In this document: positions 1 through 8,853 of the stretch, piece after piece
How positions within the stretch are numbered: position 1 is the first letter of the stretch
Layout of the letters: each line of letters opens with the position of its first letter
Source of the DNA: Desulfurococcaceae archaeon
Lineage (GTDB): Archaea > Thermoproteota > Thermoprotei_A > Sulfolobales > Desulfurococcaceae
Reading direction: 5' to 3'
Assembly: GCA_038824035.1 (NCBI GenBank)
Contig: JAWBBW010000007.1
Span: forward strand, 1 to 64,000
DNA: 64,000 bases
The notes under the pieces: model-generated
What the model was told of the DNA's origin: nothing
The model's database searches: none
The model's input: the letters and a program-made list of their open reading frames with translations, nothing else
Program-made: the position numbers and the translations under genes

Positions 1-646
1 TGATGTACTTGGGGTTGAGCACGTTGTTCTTGGCAGCCCAGTTCGAGACCCACTTATCGGAAACGCTTAACCGCGGAGGCTTCTCAAGGGTATAGCAGTA
101 GAAGACCTGCTTACTACCACGCTTCCACGCCAGCGGGTACTTCCAGAACCCGTCTGCTTTTATCCACTTGCCGTCTTCTTGCTCCCTTAGCAGCTTGCAG
201 ACCTCTGAGAGCCTTAAACCACTATAAATCAGTAGCTTGTAAACCCAGCACAGGGCTTCACTACTTTTGCAGGCTTCCTCAACGGCTCTTCTGACCTCGT
301 CATCGCTTGGAACGTAGAGGTCTACCCCGCTCTTCTTGACCTTGATCTCCCTCCAGAGGTCTTCGCGTCCGAGGAACCTGTAGAACTGCTTCCAGGCAAG
401 CCTAGACCACTTGTTGTTCAAATCTAGTGGTTTAGAGAGATAAGAGGTGTACTGCCTGCACGTCTCTGGACTAGTCCCCTTCTCCATGCACCACTTGAGG
501 AAGTTTTGTATCATGATGTTATCCTGGACTCCGCTCTCATGCATGTAGTTAACTCCACGCGTGAACACTTGACTAGGCTTCAATTGAGAATCGGGCTTAG
601 AACCCGATGGCGTAGGCCTGCGTGGGTTCAAATCCCACCCCCCGCA
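1..646 (-). mobile_element. int: SSV-type tyrosine integrase, C-terminal fragment of a split int gene (runs off the left edge)
   Basis: Absent from the ORF track. Manual minus-strand translation is open from the att site: CGGWDLNPRRPTPSGSKP...VYKLLIYSGLRLSEV...WKRGSKQVFY...VLNPKYI, containing the catalytic R and K and the start of the KxxR motif. In-frame ATGs at 544 and 514. Visibly more GC-rich than the flanking host DNA. Confidence 0.9.
591..646 (+). repeat. att site: 3' half of tRNA-Leu(TAG)
   Basis: Sequence TCGGG-CTTAGAA-CCCGA (anticodon arm, TAG), variable arm TGGCGTAGGCCTG, T arm GTGGGTTCAAATCCCAC, acceptor 3' strand CCCCCGCA. No D arm or 5' acceptor strand upstream. Confidence 0.9.
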
Positions 647-816
647 TCCATATCCTTGGCTGACTCGTTTCTTGAATGAATTTTTAAATTATGAAATGAC
701 ATGTCCTGGTAAGCGATATATCTTAATTAGTGTTTGAAATACTTCTGTGTAAACTTGAATGATAAAAACAGTCATGTAAGTGAATTGGAAGAGGATCGCT
801 TGAGAAGGTGTTCTAA

Positions 817-1533
817 ATGATGAAGATCGAAATAGCGGACCTCAACGTACATAGAAACGGTTACAAGATACTTGATAATATCAATATCGTATTTGAAAGC
901 GGGGTTCATGTAATATTGGGGAGAAATGGTGCTGGCAAGACAACGTTTTTGAGAGCAATTGCTGGGTTAGTGCCTTTCCAAGGCGAGATCAAGATAAATG
1001 GAATGAGTATTAGGGGTTTAAAGAGAAAAGAATTATCAAGGCTTATTGGCTATGTATGGCAAAACCCATATTACGGTTTCATAGAATCCAGTGTTAGAGA
1101 TGAAATAGAAGTCATCCTCAGGAACCTTGGCTTGAATGGAGACATGTATATCGTTGAAAAATTGGTGCCACGCCACTTAATGAATCGCGATCCATCCTCA
1201 CTAAGCGGAGGCGAGGCACGCAGAGTATCCATAGCATCCATATTGGTGGCTGATCAACCGATATGGCTATTAGATGAGCCCCTGTCAAATCTAGACAAGA
1301 AAGGCGTAGAAGACCTAATCGACGTGATAAGATATGGGAGAAATCGAGGTAAAGTAATTTTAATAGCTTTACACGAGATCTATCACGCTTACATGATAGG
1401 GCCAGACACATATGTAGTACTAGATTCGGGGAAACTCGTGACGAGTGGCAAATGGGGTGAGATCGATGATCACGTGTTAACAAAGGTCGGTATTGTTTCG
1501 AGAACAGAACTGTGCTCCATTTGTCACATGTAA
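817..1533 (+). CDS. ECF transporter ATPase component
   Basis: Walker A GRNGAGKT, QNP loop, LSGGE signature, LLDEP Walker B; lies next to T and S components. Confidence 0.85.
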   Translation: MMKIEIADLNVHRNGYKILDNINIVFESGVHVILGRNGAGKTTFLRAIAGLVPFQGEIKINGMSIRGLKRKELSRLIGYVWQNPYYGFIESSVRDEIEVILRNLGLNGDMYIVEKLVPRHLMNRDPSSLSGGEARRVSIASILVADQPIWLLDEPLSNLDKKGVEDLIDVIRYGRNRGKVILIALHEIYHAYMIGPDTYVVLDSGKLVTSGKWGEIDDHVLTKVGIVSRTELCSICHM

Positions 1534-1538
1534 TGTAA

Positions 1539-2126
1539 GTGGTGTTTGTATTGATAATAGACGTTATCGAAGAAATCCTCGGATATAGGCTTATTGCACC
1601 GAACTGGGTTAAGTCAAAGCGTTTTATGGCAATCAAGATCGCCCTAATATTCATCTCAGCCATATTACCGTATTTAATTGACCCGCTTTATGTTACCCTA
1701 TGGCTTCTCTTCGTTATCTCATTTACATATATGTTAGGGCTTAGAAAAACTGTTATCTATGCCACTCTATCTGTTCTACTACTGTTCTCTATTTCTCTGT
1801 TACCAATAGCGCTGATTCTGGGTGGTGATGTTGAAAGGGTGATTAGATCGTCCATGACAGCCTATGCAACAATGTTATTGACAATATTCCTTATCGCATC
1901 CACACCACCGTCTACGTTTAAAGAACACTCACTGGTTTACTTGTTCTTGATCATCATTACAAGTGTATTCAGAGAAGTGGTAGACATCTCGGTAATCATG
2001 AAAAGCAAGGGGCTTTCAGGACTTAAGTACTATGCAAGTGTAATCACCACCTCATTCGTCATGACATTTGAAAGAATAGAACAATTGACTGATTCACTGA
2101 GGGTGCGCGGCATAGAGATCATTTAA
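1539..2126 (+). CDS. ECF transporter transmembrane T component
   Basis: Several TM segments and a C-terminal SLRVRG motif resembling the EcfT XRX motifs. Confidence 0.65.
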   Translation: MVFVLIIDVIEEILGYRLIAPNWVKSKRFMAIKIALIFISAILPYLIDPLYVTLWLLFVISFTYMLGLRKTVIYATLSVLLLFSISLLPIALILGGDVERVIRSSMTAYATMLLTIFLIASTPPSTFKEHSLVYLFLIIITSVFREVVDISVIMKSKGLSGLKYYASVITTSFVMTFERIEQLTDSLRVRGIEII

Positions 2127-2188
2127 GCGGCATGTAATTTAAAAGACCTCGGTCATTATTAAGAGTTTATCTGAAAAATGCGATCCAG

Positions 2189-2719
2189 GTGATACATATA
2201 ACGAACACTGAAAGTAACTATATACGCAAGGATCTTATCAGTGGAGTGGTGATCGCGGCTACATATGCTGCATTGGTCTGGGTCTTACAACCGATAAGTT
2301 TTGGGCCGATACAGGTTAGGGTAGCTGACATGCTATCACCATTGCCATATGTGATGGGTTTCGAAAGCGTGATCGGACTTACATTGGGCACTTTTATCGC
2401 AAATACGTTATCCCCCTATGGATTAATGGACATGGTAATAGGGACCTCTTGCACTTTCACATATGCATTGATCAACTATCTATTCGGCAAGTTAGTGGGC
2501 TATAGGAGGGCTGTTCTACCAATAATAGCGATCATGGACTCTGCCATAGTGGGCATTTTCATTGGAATCCTGCTGTTAAGTGTGGTTTTTGGAGAGGGAG
2601 ATCCATTATTCCTATTCACCATAGTATTCGTTGGGAACTTAGCCGCGACCATGCCAGGTGCACTGATCATAGTGCCGGTCATTAGGAAATTCTATGTCAA
2701 GTTCAAGGGCCTTACATAG
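2189..2719 (+). CDS. QueT-family ECF substrate-binding (S) component
   Basis: ISFGPIQVRVADML and GLTLGTFIAN-x-SPYG-x-DM-x-G motifs typical of QueT; hydrophobic throughout. Confidence 0.8.
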   Translation: MIHITNTESNYIRKDLISGVVIAATYAALVWVLQPISFGPIQVRVADMLSPLPYVMGFESVIGLTLGTFIANTLSPYGLMDMVIGTSCTFTYALINYLFGKLVGYRRAVLPIIAIMDSAIVGIFIGILLLSVVFGEGDPLFLFTIVFVGNLAATMPGALIIVPVIRKFYVKFKGLT

Positions 2720-3677
2720 ATAAAGATTCAACCGCTTTTTTGATATTACTGAGCTTCAAGATACTAATCTTGTAGGGATCCTTGCCAACGTTACTCGTGA
2801 TTGTTAGACCTCTAAAACCGCAATCTGCTGATACCAGGTCTATTCTCCAATCAACCAGGTTGCCTATTTCCAAGATCAATGATCTAATCTCGTCGATGGA
2901 TTCTACGCGGAGACTTTTACTACTAGCTACTCCTGGTGCCAATATCTTGTCGCCTGTCTCGAAAATATCTCTATTTATTATCGAGAGATTGTCCCTTGTA
3001 TCGTAGAACTCGAGGTTTATGAAATCCAGTTCCTCAGAAGATGAGATCACGGCGAGATATAGCCTAGAGACTCTACCACAAGTGTGAATACCATGTTCCC
3101 CGATCACTCCTTGAAACACCGTATCTATGGTATTCACTATATCCTCTTCTGTGTAGTTTAGCAATATTTTCCGAGCCCCTATAAGCACCGATAACAATGG
3201 CTCATCTATTACTAATATGTTATACCCTAGTCTAGTCATGTGTATAAGGGTGTTCCTAACATAGTTCACAACATGTTCAAATAATCTCTTGTTTGATAGA
3301 ATAGTAGATTTTAAATCTCCTATTGAAGGCTTCAAGTATATATTGCTCGATAAGGTGAAAGGCCCTGTTACCGGAGCTCTTAGATATTTGAAATTATTCC
3401 TAGCTAGCCCTGAAAACACCCTTGACTCATATATATCAGCCCACATATCGCTTAGTCTTTCCAATTCTGTTAAATCCTTGACAATGTAAAAACCATCTTT
3501 GTTTTCAATTATATTTTCCCTGATAAGTGGTTGTAGATACATATCTATAAAATTCCTTAACTGAGGATAAGGAGGCGCGTCAATACCTATTTCAATATAG
3601 TCCTTGACAATCCTCTCTACATTGTTAACCGAATAATCAAGTGGGAAACTACCAACATGGCTTGTTCTAATCTTCAC
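2712..3677 (-). CDS. Catalytic-domain-only (core) MetE-like methionine synthase, probable methylcobamide:homocysteine methyltransferase
   Basis: HVGSFP N-terminus, VTGPFTL, IDEP, and zinc ligands H-x-C (IHTCG), E (NLEFY) and C (ADCGF). Only 321 aa, with no folate-binding N-terminal barrel. Confidence 0.8.
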   Translation of the reverse strand: MKIRTSHVGSFPLDYSVNNVERIVKDYIEIGIDAPPYPQLRNFIDMYLQPLIRENIIENKDGFYIVKDLTELERLSDMWADIYESRVFSGLARNNFKYLRAPVTGPFTLSSNIYLKPSIGDLKSTILSNKRLFEHVVNYVRNTLIHMTRLGYNILVIDEPLLSVLIGARKILLNYTEEDIVNTIDTVFQGVIGEHGIHTCGRVSRLYLAVISSSEELDFINLEFYDTRDNLSIINRDIFETGDKILAPGVASSKSLRVESIDEIRSLILEIGNLVDWRIDLVSADCGFRGLTITSNVGKDPYKISILKLSNIKKAVESLSM

Positions 3678-3768
3678 GATATATCACCATTCCAAGTAAA
3701 TCACTGTGTTTTTATTTCTAAGGCAATAATTTTTAGTTAAGTTTCAACCCTTTCATAGTTTCATAGAG

Positions 3769-4443
3769 GTGGATAAAAATCCAATGAACGAGGATATTTT
3801 GAATGAAATAGAAAGATGCATGGTGAACTTGGATCGGGAATGTGTTATTGAAAAAATAAAAGAGGCTCTTTCACATGGTATTAAGGCATCCGAGGTAGTC
3901 ATGGGGCCTCTTTCTAAGGCAATGGAAGAAATTGGAAAACTATACGAGAACGGCGATTACTTTGTAGCAGAGTTATTGGAGGCCGCATCCATTTTCAAAA
4001 ACGTAATGGAATTTCTAAAGGACAAACTAGAGGCAGATGTATCGGTCAGTAAAAGTGGTAAAAGAGCTAAAATAGTCATAGGTACCGTGAAAGGGGATAT
4101 ACACGACATCGGTAAGACGCTTGTCTCCATAATGCTTCAAGCATCTGGTCACGAGGTGATAGATTTGGGCATAGATGTACCAGCTGAGAAGTTCATAGAT
4201 GCGTATTACAAGTATAAGCCCCAAATAATAGCCATGAGCGCGTTATTGACGACAACAGCGATGTATATGAAAACTGTCATAGATAAATTTGTCGAAGCAG
4301 GTTTAAGGAAAAAGGTAAAGATAATAATAGGAGGTGCTGCTACAAGCGAGGATTTCGCAAAAGAGATCGGGGCAGACGGTTGGGCTCCTAACGCTATCAA
4401 GGCCGTCGAGTTAGTAAACAAGCTCATAGAGGAATTAGAATAA
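3769..4443 (+). CDS. Stand-alone corrinoid (B12-binding) methyl-carrier protein, MtbC/MttC-like
   Basis: Four-helix cap plus GDIHDIGK (DxHxxG), SALLTTT and GGA cobalamin-binding motifs. Confidence 0.92.
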   Translation: MDKNPMNEDILNEIERCMVNLDRECVIEKIKEALSHGIKASEVVMGPLSKAMEEIGKLYENGDYFVAELLEAASIFKNVMEFLKDKLEADVSVSKSGKRAKIVIGTVKGDIHDIGKTLVSIMLQASGHEVIDLGIDVPAEKFIDAYYKYKPQIIAMSALLTTTAMYMKTVIDKFVEAGLRKKVKIIIGGAATSEDFAKEIGADGWAPNAIKAVELVNKLIEELE

Positions 4444-4453
4444 GTGTTCAAAA

Positions 4454-6043
4454 ATGTTCAACTTGATCGTGAGAACTGGTTCGAAGAAATACTTGCTTCG
4501 TATAAGAAACAGCGAATCCATTGGCGAAGTCCTCGGCAAAGAGGGGTTATTGGCACTACCTTGTGGTGGTAAGGGATTATGTGGCTTATGCAGGATCACC
4601 GTATTAAGAGGAGAAGTCTCGGAACTAAGTGGAAACGAACGAATTATTGGGGTAAAACCACCAGAAAGGCTCGCTTGCCGGGTAAAGCCGTTGGGAGATG
4701 TAGAAGTAGAAATACCCCCAATCATTATGCCAAAAGCTGTTTCACAGAGTAGTTTGAATATCTCTGTCAAACAATGGGACCCGCTGAACCTCAGATTACG
4801 GGATCTCTATGCAAGGTCTGTAGTAATAGATCACGGCATCTTAGCGGAGTTAATAAGTAAATACAGTGCAAATCATGGTTCCGATAAGGTCTTATTAATC
4901 GACCTTGGAACCACTAAGATAGCATACCAGGTCATGGACATCAAGTGGAATATACTGGAAGAGGATATTATTCCAACGCCTCTTCATGAATATGGATCCG
5001 ACATCATATCCAGGTTAACAAAGATCATTGAAAATCCGTATATTAAAATTGAAATGAGAAGGAGACTTATGGAGGTCTTAGAAAACCTGTCTGGTATCAG
5101 CAATTCAAAGCTTGCATTAATATGTGGAAACACGTTCATGGAGTACTTATTCCTAGATCTACCGTTGGAGAGTTTATCTCGTCATCCCTTTAAACCCCCT
5201 CTTAAAGGTCCATTTCTAACTCATGTAAGGGATATCATGGTAATAGCCCCTCCAATACTAAATGGCTTTGTAGGCGGAGATGCATATGCAGACCTGGTCG
5301 CAACTATCGAGATCGGCTTAAAACCACCATACTTGATAATTGATATTGGGACCAATACCGAGGTACTCCTAGTTACGGATACATACATATTGGTGACGAG
5401 TGCGCCAGCGGGTCCGGCGATAGAGGGCAAAGTGGGAAGAGCGTCATATATTGGTAGAGGCGGTGTTACAAAGGTCAGGATAATTAACACGATAAACGAG
5501 AAGCCCGTTTTCAGCCTCAATTATATCGAGAACCCACGGTATTTCCTAGGTAGCGGTCTACTTAGCTTAATCGCTGAATTAAAAAGACATGGCTTCATAC
5601 GTAGAGATGGTGTATTCCTAAAGGGGTATGAAGTGTTTAATGGTGTTAAGACATTTGTCGTGGATACGGAAAACGATCTCTATTTTACCCAAGTCGATAT
5701 GCGTAGACTACAAGAAGCATTAGCGGCCATAAAGGTAGCTTGGAAAATATTACTTGAAGAGGCGGGAATAAATAAGGACTTGTTAGAAAATGTAGTTGTA
5801 ACAGGAAATATGGCCATACACGTCGAGATCGATGATTTAGTTGAAACAGGGCTGATACCGTTCGTCGATAAAAGCCGCATTCTATTAGCAGGAAACCTCG
5901 TTTTATCGGGTCTCAGAGTGATGTTCTTGGACAACAAGTACATACTAAGATACGAAGACGTGATAGGTAGAGTTAAACATGTATATTTACCCATGGTTCC
6001 AAACTACATGAAGAAATGGGTTGAGAACCTGGCTTTGCCTTGA
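4454..6043 (+). CDS. ATP-dependent reductive activator of corrinoid proteins (RACo/DUF4445-type, 2Fe-2S plus ASKHA)
   Basis: N-terminal CGGKGLCGLC...RLAC ferredoxin motif; ASKHA motifs DLGTT, YGSDIISR, GFVGGDA, DIGTNTE, SAPAGPAIEG. Confidence 0.88.
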   Translation: MFNLIVRTGSKKYLLRIRNSESIGEVLGKEGLLALPCGGKGLCGLCRITVLRGEVSELSGNERIIGVKPPERLACRVKPLGDVEVEIPPIIMPKAVSQSSLNISVKQWDPLNLRLRDLYARSVVIDHGILAELISKYSANHGSDKVLLIDLGTTKIAYQVMDIKWNILEEDIIPTPLHEYGSDIISRLTKIIENPYIKIEMRRRLMEVLENLSGISNSKLALICGNTFMEYLFLDLPLESLSRHPFKPPLKGPFLTHVRDIMVIAPPILNGFVGGDAYADLVATIEIGLKPPYLIIDIGTNTEVLLVTDTYILVTSAPAGPAIEGKVGRASYIGRGGVTKVRIINTINEKPVFSLNYIENPRYFLGSGLLSLIAELKRHGFIRRDGVFLKGYEVFNGVKTFVVDTENDLYFTQVDMRRLQEALAAIKVAWKILLEEAGINKDLLENVVVTGNMAIHVEIDDLVETGLIPFVDKSRILLAGNLVLSGLRVMFLDNKYILRYEDVIGRVKHVYLPMVPNYMKKWVENLALP

Positions 6044-6051
6044 TTAATCCA

Positions 6052-6981
6052 TCATGGCTGGGTAAACAGTTTTTGAACTTTCCTCATCAACTTCCTCAGA
6101 GGATGACGTGGGGATGTGTTAGCCCCCTTTCTTCTTAATTCATATCCAATATAGCCATCTATCATTGCAACCACAGGCGCCACATATTTCACCCTGCTCA
6201 ACGGCCCTATCATTATATAGTCAGCCCCCTTTAACCTCAGATAAGCCGCAGTGCCTCCATGAATCCCATACATCTCGTCCAGTGTAACAGTTTTCTTCGA
6301 TATATTGCCAAGCGCGTTCGCGGGTGCACAACCAGCTATAAATCCATAATGTGCCTTAATTTCATGGATCATCTCAGCACATAGAACCACGCTACCTGGA
6401 TCTATCACGACGGCATCCACGAAGAATATGGAGACATCGGCCTGCATTGCCATTGGTAACAACTTCTCAGTTAGAATACGAATCCTGTTTTCTGGCTTAA
6501 TAGATTCGTATGGATTCTTGGGATCAAAGGCCACGAGAACTGCCTTGTTTAATTTGTTTTCGCGAATAGCGCTGATCTCCTCGAACGGGCTATCAACGTA
6601 AATGCCATTCGCAATTGAGAGATCCCTTAATCCAAGTTGTGACGCGACTACATAGCCCTTAATTCTAATTACCGGGTCAGGTGAATCTATGAAAATCGGG
6701 ATCTTGAAATCACCTATGAAACTGAGTATATCTTCTACCGCGTCTATACTGGGTAATACCACGTCTATACCTAGCACGAGGTCGTATTCACTGACCATTG
6801 AAACGGCCTCTTCGAGCATCAGCCTGAGCCCCTTTTTATCAAAATCACCTTTATTGCTCAAGAGCAGTTTATCCCCATGATAGAAAATCGTTGGAACAAG
6901 CCATGTAGGGGATTCACCCAATAAGCCACCTATTTCATATCCACCAATATTCCATTTATGAGGTTTAACAGAGCTAGCCAT
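6052..6981 (-). CDS. MtrH-like methyl-pterin:corrinoid methyltransferase
   Basis: IGG-x-GE-x-PT-x-TIFY-x-G N-terminus, PIFIDS, GCAPAN and GADY-x-GP motifs characteristic of the MtrH family. Confidence 0.82.
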   Translation of the reverse strand: MASSVKPHKWNIGGYEIGGLLGESPTWLVPTIFYHGDKLLLSNKGDFDKKGLRLMLEEAVSMVSEYDLVLGIDVVLPSIDAVEDILSFIGDFKIPIFIDSPDPVIRIKGYVVASQLGLRDLSIANGIYVDSPFEEISAIRENKLNKAVLVAFDPKNPYESIKPENRIRILTEKLLPMAMQADVSIFFVDAVVIDPGSVVLCAEMIHEIKAHYGFIAGCAPANALGNISKKTVTLDEMYGIHGGTAAYLRLKGADYIMIGPLSRVKYVAPVVAMIDGYIGYELRRKGANTSPRHPLRKLMRKVQKLFTQP

Positions 6982-7054
6982 GTATAAACACCATTTGCCT
7001 AGTTTAACCGTGATTTAAATAACTCCCTGGTTGCTAATAAACAGTGCATAGAAA

Positions 7055-7780
7055 ATGGGAAAGGTGTGTGTATTGGAATATATATTAGAACTACCACCTG
7101 TAAGCAGGAAATTCATCGACAAGATCGCGCCTTTGGCGAAAAACGTTTTCAACGCTGTATTCATACCCAGTGGGCCAGCTGGGATCCCGTTACTAGATGC
7201 GTGTGCTACGAGTATATATATTTCGACAGTCTATGGTTTAAAATCTATTTTCAGTATCAGGCTTAAGGATGTTAATTTAAACCATGTTATAGAGAAAGTT
7301 AAGACAGCTATGGAGTTCGGTATTAATGGAGTTCTTCTCACAAAAGGTGATCCACCGCGATATGGGTCCAGCTATGATGATCTTTCCAGCGAATATGTTC
7401 TCAAATATCTTAGAGAAATAAATGTTGACATGAAGCTGGGGCTAATAATTAGCCTTAGATATCCACTAGGCTCTATACTCAAAAGGATCTCCGAGAAACC
7501 AGATTTCGTATTCATAATTCACCATGTAGACAATGACCTTGACAAACTCATGGAGCTTAGAAAACATATAGCTGGCGAAATAAAGATCTATGATTTCATA
7601 TTATTGGGAGTAGATAAGAATATCGAGTTATTCAAGGAATTGGGGCAAAAATACGTTGAACCGATGAAATTGGGAGATCATATAGAAAAACTCAATAATA
7701 TTGTCGATGGAGTTATTATTTCATCTCCACTCGAAGTTAAAAAAGCAATTGAAATAGTCAGCAAACTTGTGGAGAAATAA
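7055..7780 (+). CDS. Methylenetetrahydrofolate reductase-like (MetF-like) flavoprotein
   Basis: ELPP near the N-terminus, IPSGPAG, R-x-KD-x-N and GINGVLLTKGDPP (the L-x-GD-P motif of MTHFR); short, 241 aa. Confidence 0.7.
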   Translation: MGKVCVLEYILELPPVSRKFIDKIAPLAKNVFNAVFIPSGPAGIPLLDACATSIYISTVYGLKSIFSIRLKDVNLNHVIEKVKTAMEFGINGVLLTKGDPPRYGSSYDDLSSEYVLKYLREINVDMKLGLIISLRYPLGSILKRISEKPDFVFIIHHVDNDLDKLMELRKHIAGEIKIYDFILLGVDKNIELFKELGQKYVEPMKLGDHIEKLNNIVDGVIISSPLEVKKAIEIVSKLVEK

Positions 7781-7787
7781 TCTCCTG

Positions 7788-8840
7788 TTATCTATCACCT
7801 ATATAGTGTCCCTTAATAGGTATTAGCTCACCACAGTATTTACACTTATACCTCTTATCTTCTGAATACTCTAGATTAAATTTCAAAACACGGTAATTAC
7901 TTCTATATATGATTATTCTTTTACAGTTTGGACATCGAGTAGACTCTAGCTCGGGGTCCCATATATTACCTACATATACAAATTTCAAACCCTCTTTGAC
8001 AGCGTAATTTCTTATCTTAATCAATTTGTCGACCGGCGTGGGCGGCTTATTCCACCTGTGAGCCGGATAATATCTGTTCACATGTAATGGTACATCTACC
8101 CCTAGATATTTCAAGTGATTATTTATAATCCATTCCACGCATTCATCGAAATCATTAGTATCTGTGACTACAAGGTAGATCATCTCGACATGAGCACCCA
8201 TATCCAATGCCATCTTCGCATTCCTGAAAACCACGTTATGGTCTATTGCTGGTAGAACGCTTTTCATACTTGGACAACCCTTTATATCAGCTGAAAAACC
8301 ATCAACACCGGATTCGATCAATGCCTTTAAGGAATTCTTCGTGAAATACATATTGGTCACGATCATGGAATATAATCCATGTTTAATGGCGATCTCTGTT
8401 ACATCTATAATGTATTCTGTCTGTGTCGCTGGTTCATTAAAGCTGGCGGATAACCCATCATCTCCGTTCATGACGGCCATTTTAACTAATTCGCTGGGCG
8501 GGATATAGGGTTCTGTGCTTTTCGGTCTATTGAAGCTAATACTATGATTTTGACACCAAGGACAGTAGAAGTTACACCCATAGTTACTATATGTAAGAGC
8601 CGTGCTATTGGGCCAATAGTGGAAAAGAGGCTTGATCTCAATTGGCCTGCTCTCAACACTGCTTAATCTACCATACCCAATGTTATAGACGATGTTATCC
8701 ATGTTGACATAGTTGCCACATATGCCAGGATGTCCCTTTCTCAACACACATCTTCTCTCACACACATCGCAAACAACCCCTTTTTCCGTGTTTTCCACAA
8801 AACGGGCTTTAACCAATGGGGGTTGATACAAAATCGACAC
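7788..8840 (-). CDS. AmmeMemoRadiSam-type radical SAM enzyme (PFL-activating enzyme-related)
   Basis: CDVCERRC N-terminal motif, PIEIKPLFHY, GCNFYCPWCQN, C-terminal CxxC...CxxC. Confidence 0.85.
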   Translation of the reverse strand: MSILYQPPLVKARFVENTEKGVVCDVCERRCVLRKGHPGICGNYVNMDNIVYNIGYGRLSSVESRPIEIKPLFHYWPNSTALTYSNYGCNFYCPWCQNHSISFNRPKSTEPYIPPSELVKMAVMNGDDGLSASFNEPATQTEYIIDVTEIAIKHGLYSMIVTNMYFTKNSLKALIESGVDGFSADIKGCPSMKSVLPAIDHNVVFRNAKMALDMGAHVEMIYLVVTDTNDFDECVEWIINNHLKYLGVDVPLHVNRYYPAHRWNKPPTPVDKLIKIRNYAVKEGLKFVYVGNIWDPELESTRCPNCKRIIIYRSNYRVLKFNLEYSEDKRYKCKYCGELIPIKGHYIGDR

Positions 8841-8853
8841 CTTGAATTACAAG

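Noticed and set aside
591-646. Intact tRNA-Leu gene
   Set aside because: The 5' acceptor strand and D arm are missing; this is the duplicated att copy.
757-805. Possible C/D sRNA upstream of the ECF ATPase
   Set aside because: All boxes are degenerate, the second guide is too short, and only 8 nt of rRNA complementarity is recalled.
3769-6981. Evidence for methanogenesis or a Wood-Ljungdahl pathway
   Set aside because: No mcr, mtrA-G or cdh/acs genes in the window; flanking MetE-like and MetF-like genes point to biosynthesis.
3697-7017. Shared TAAATCAC-x-GT motif in both divergent promoters of the methyl cluster (3697-3707 and 7007-7017)
   Set aside because: Short and AT-rich, overlaps TATA-like sequence, has inconsistent orientation, and a similar word occurs before glyS.
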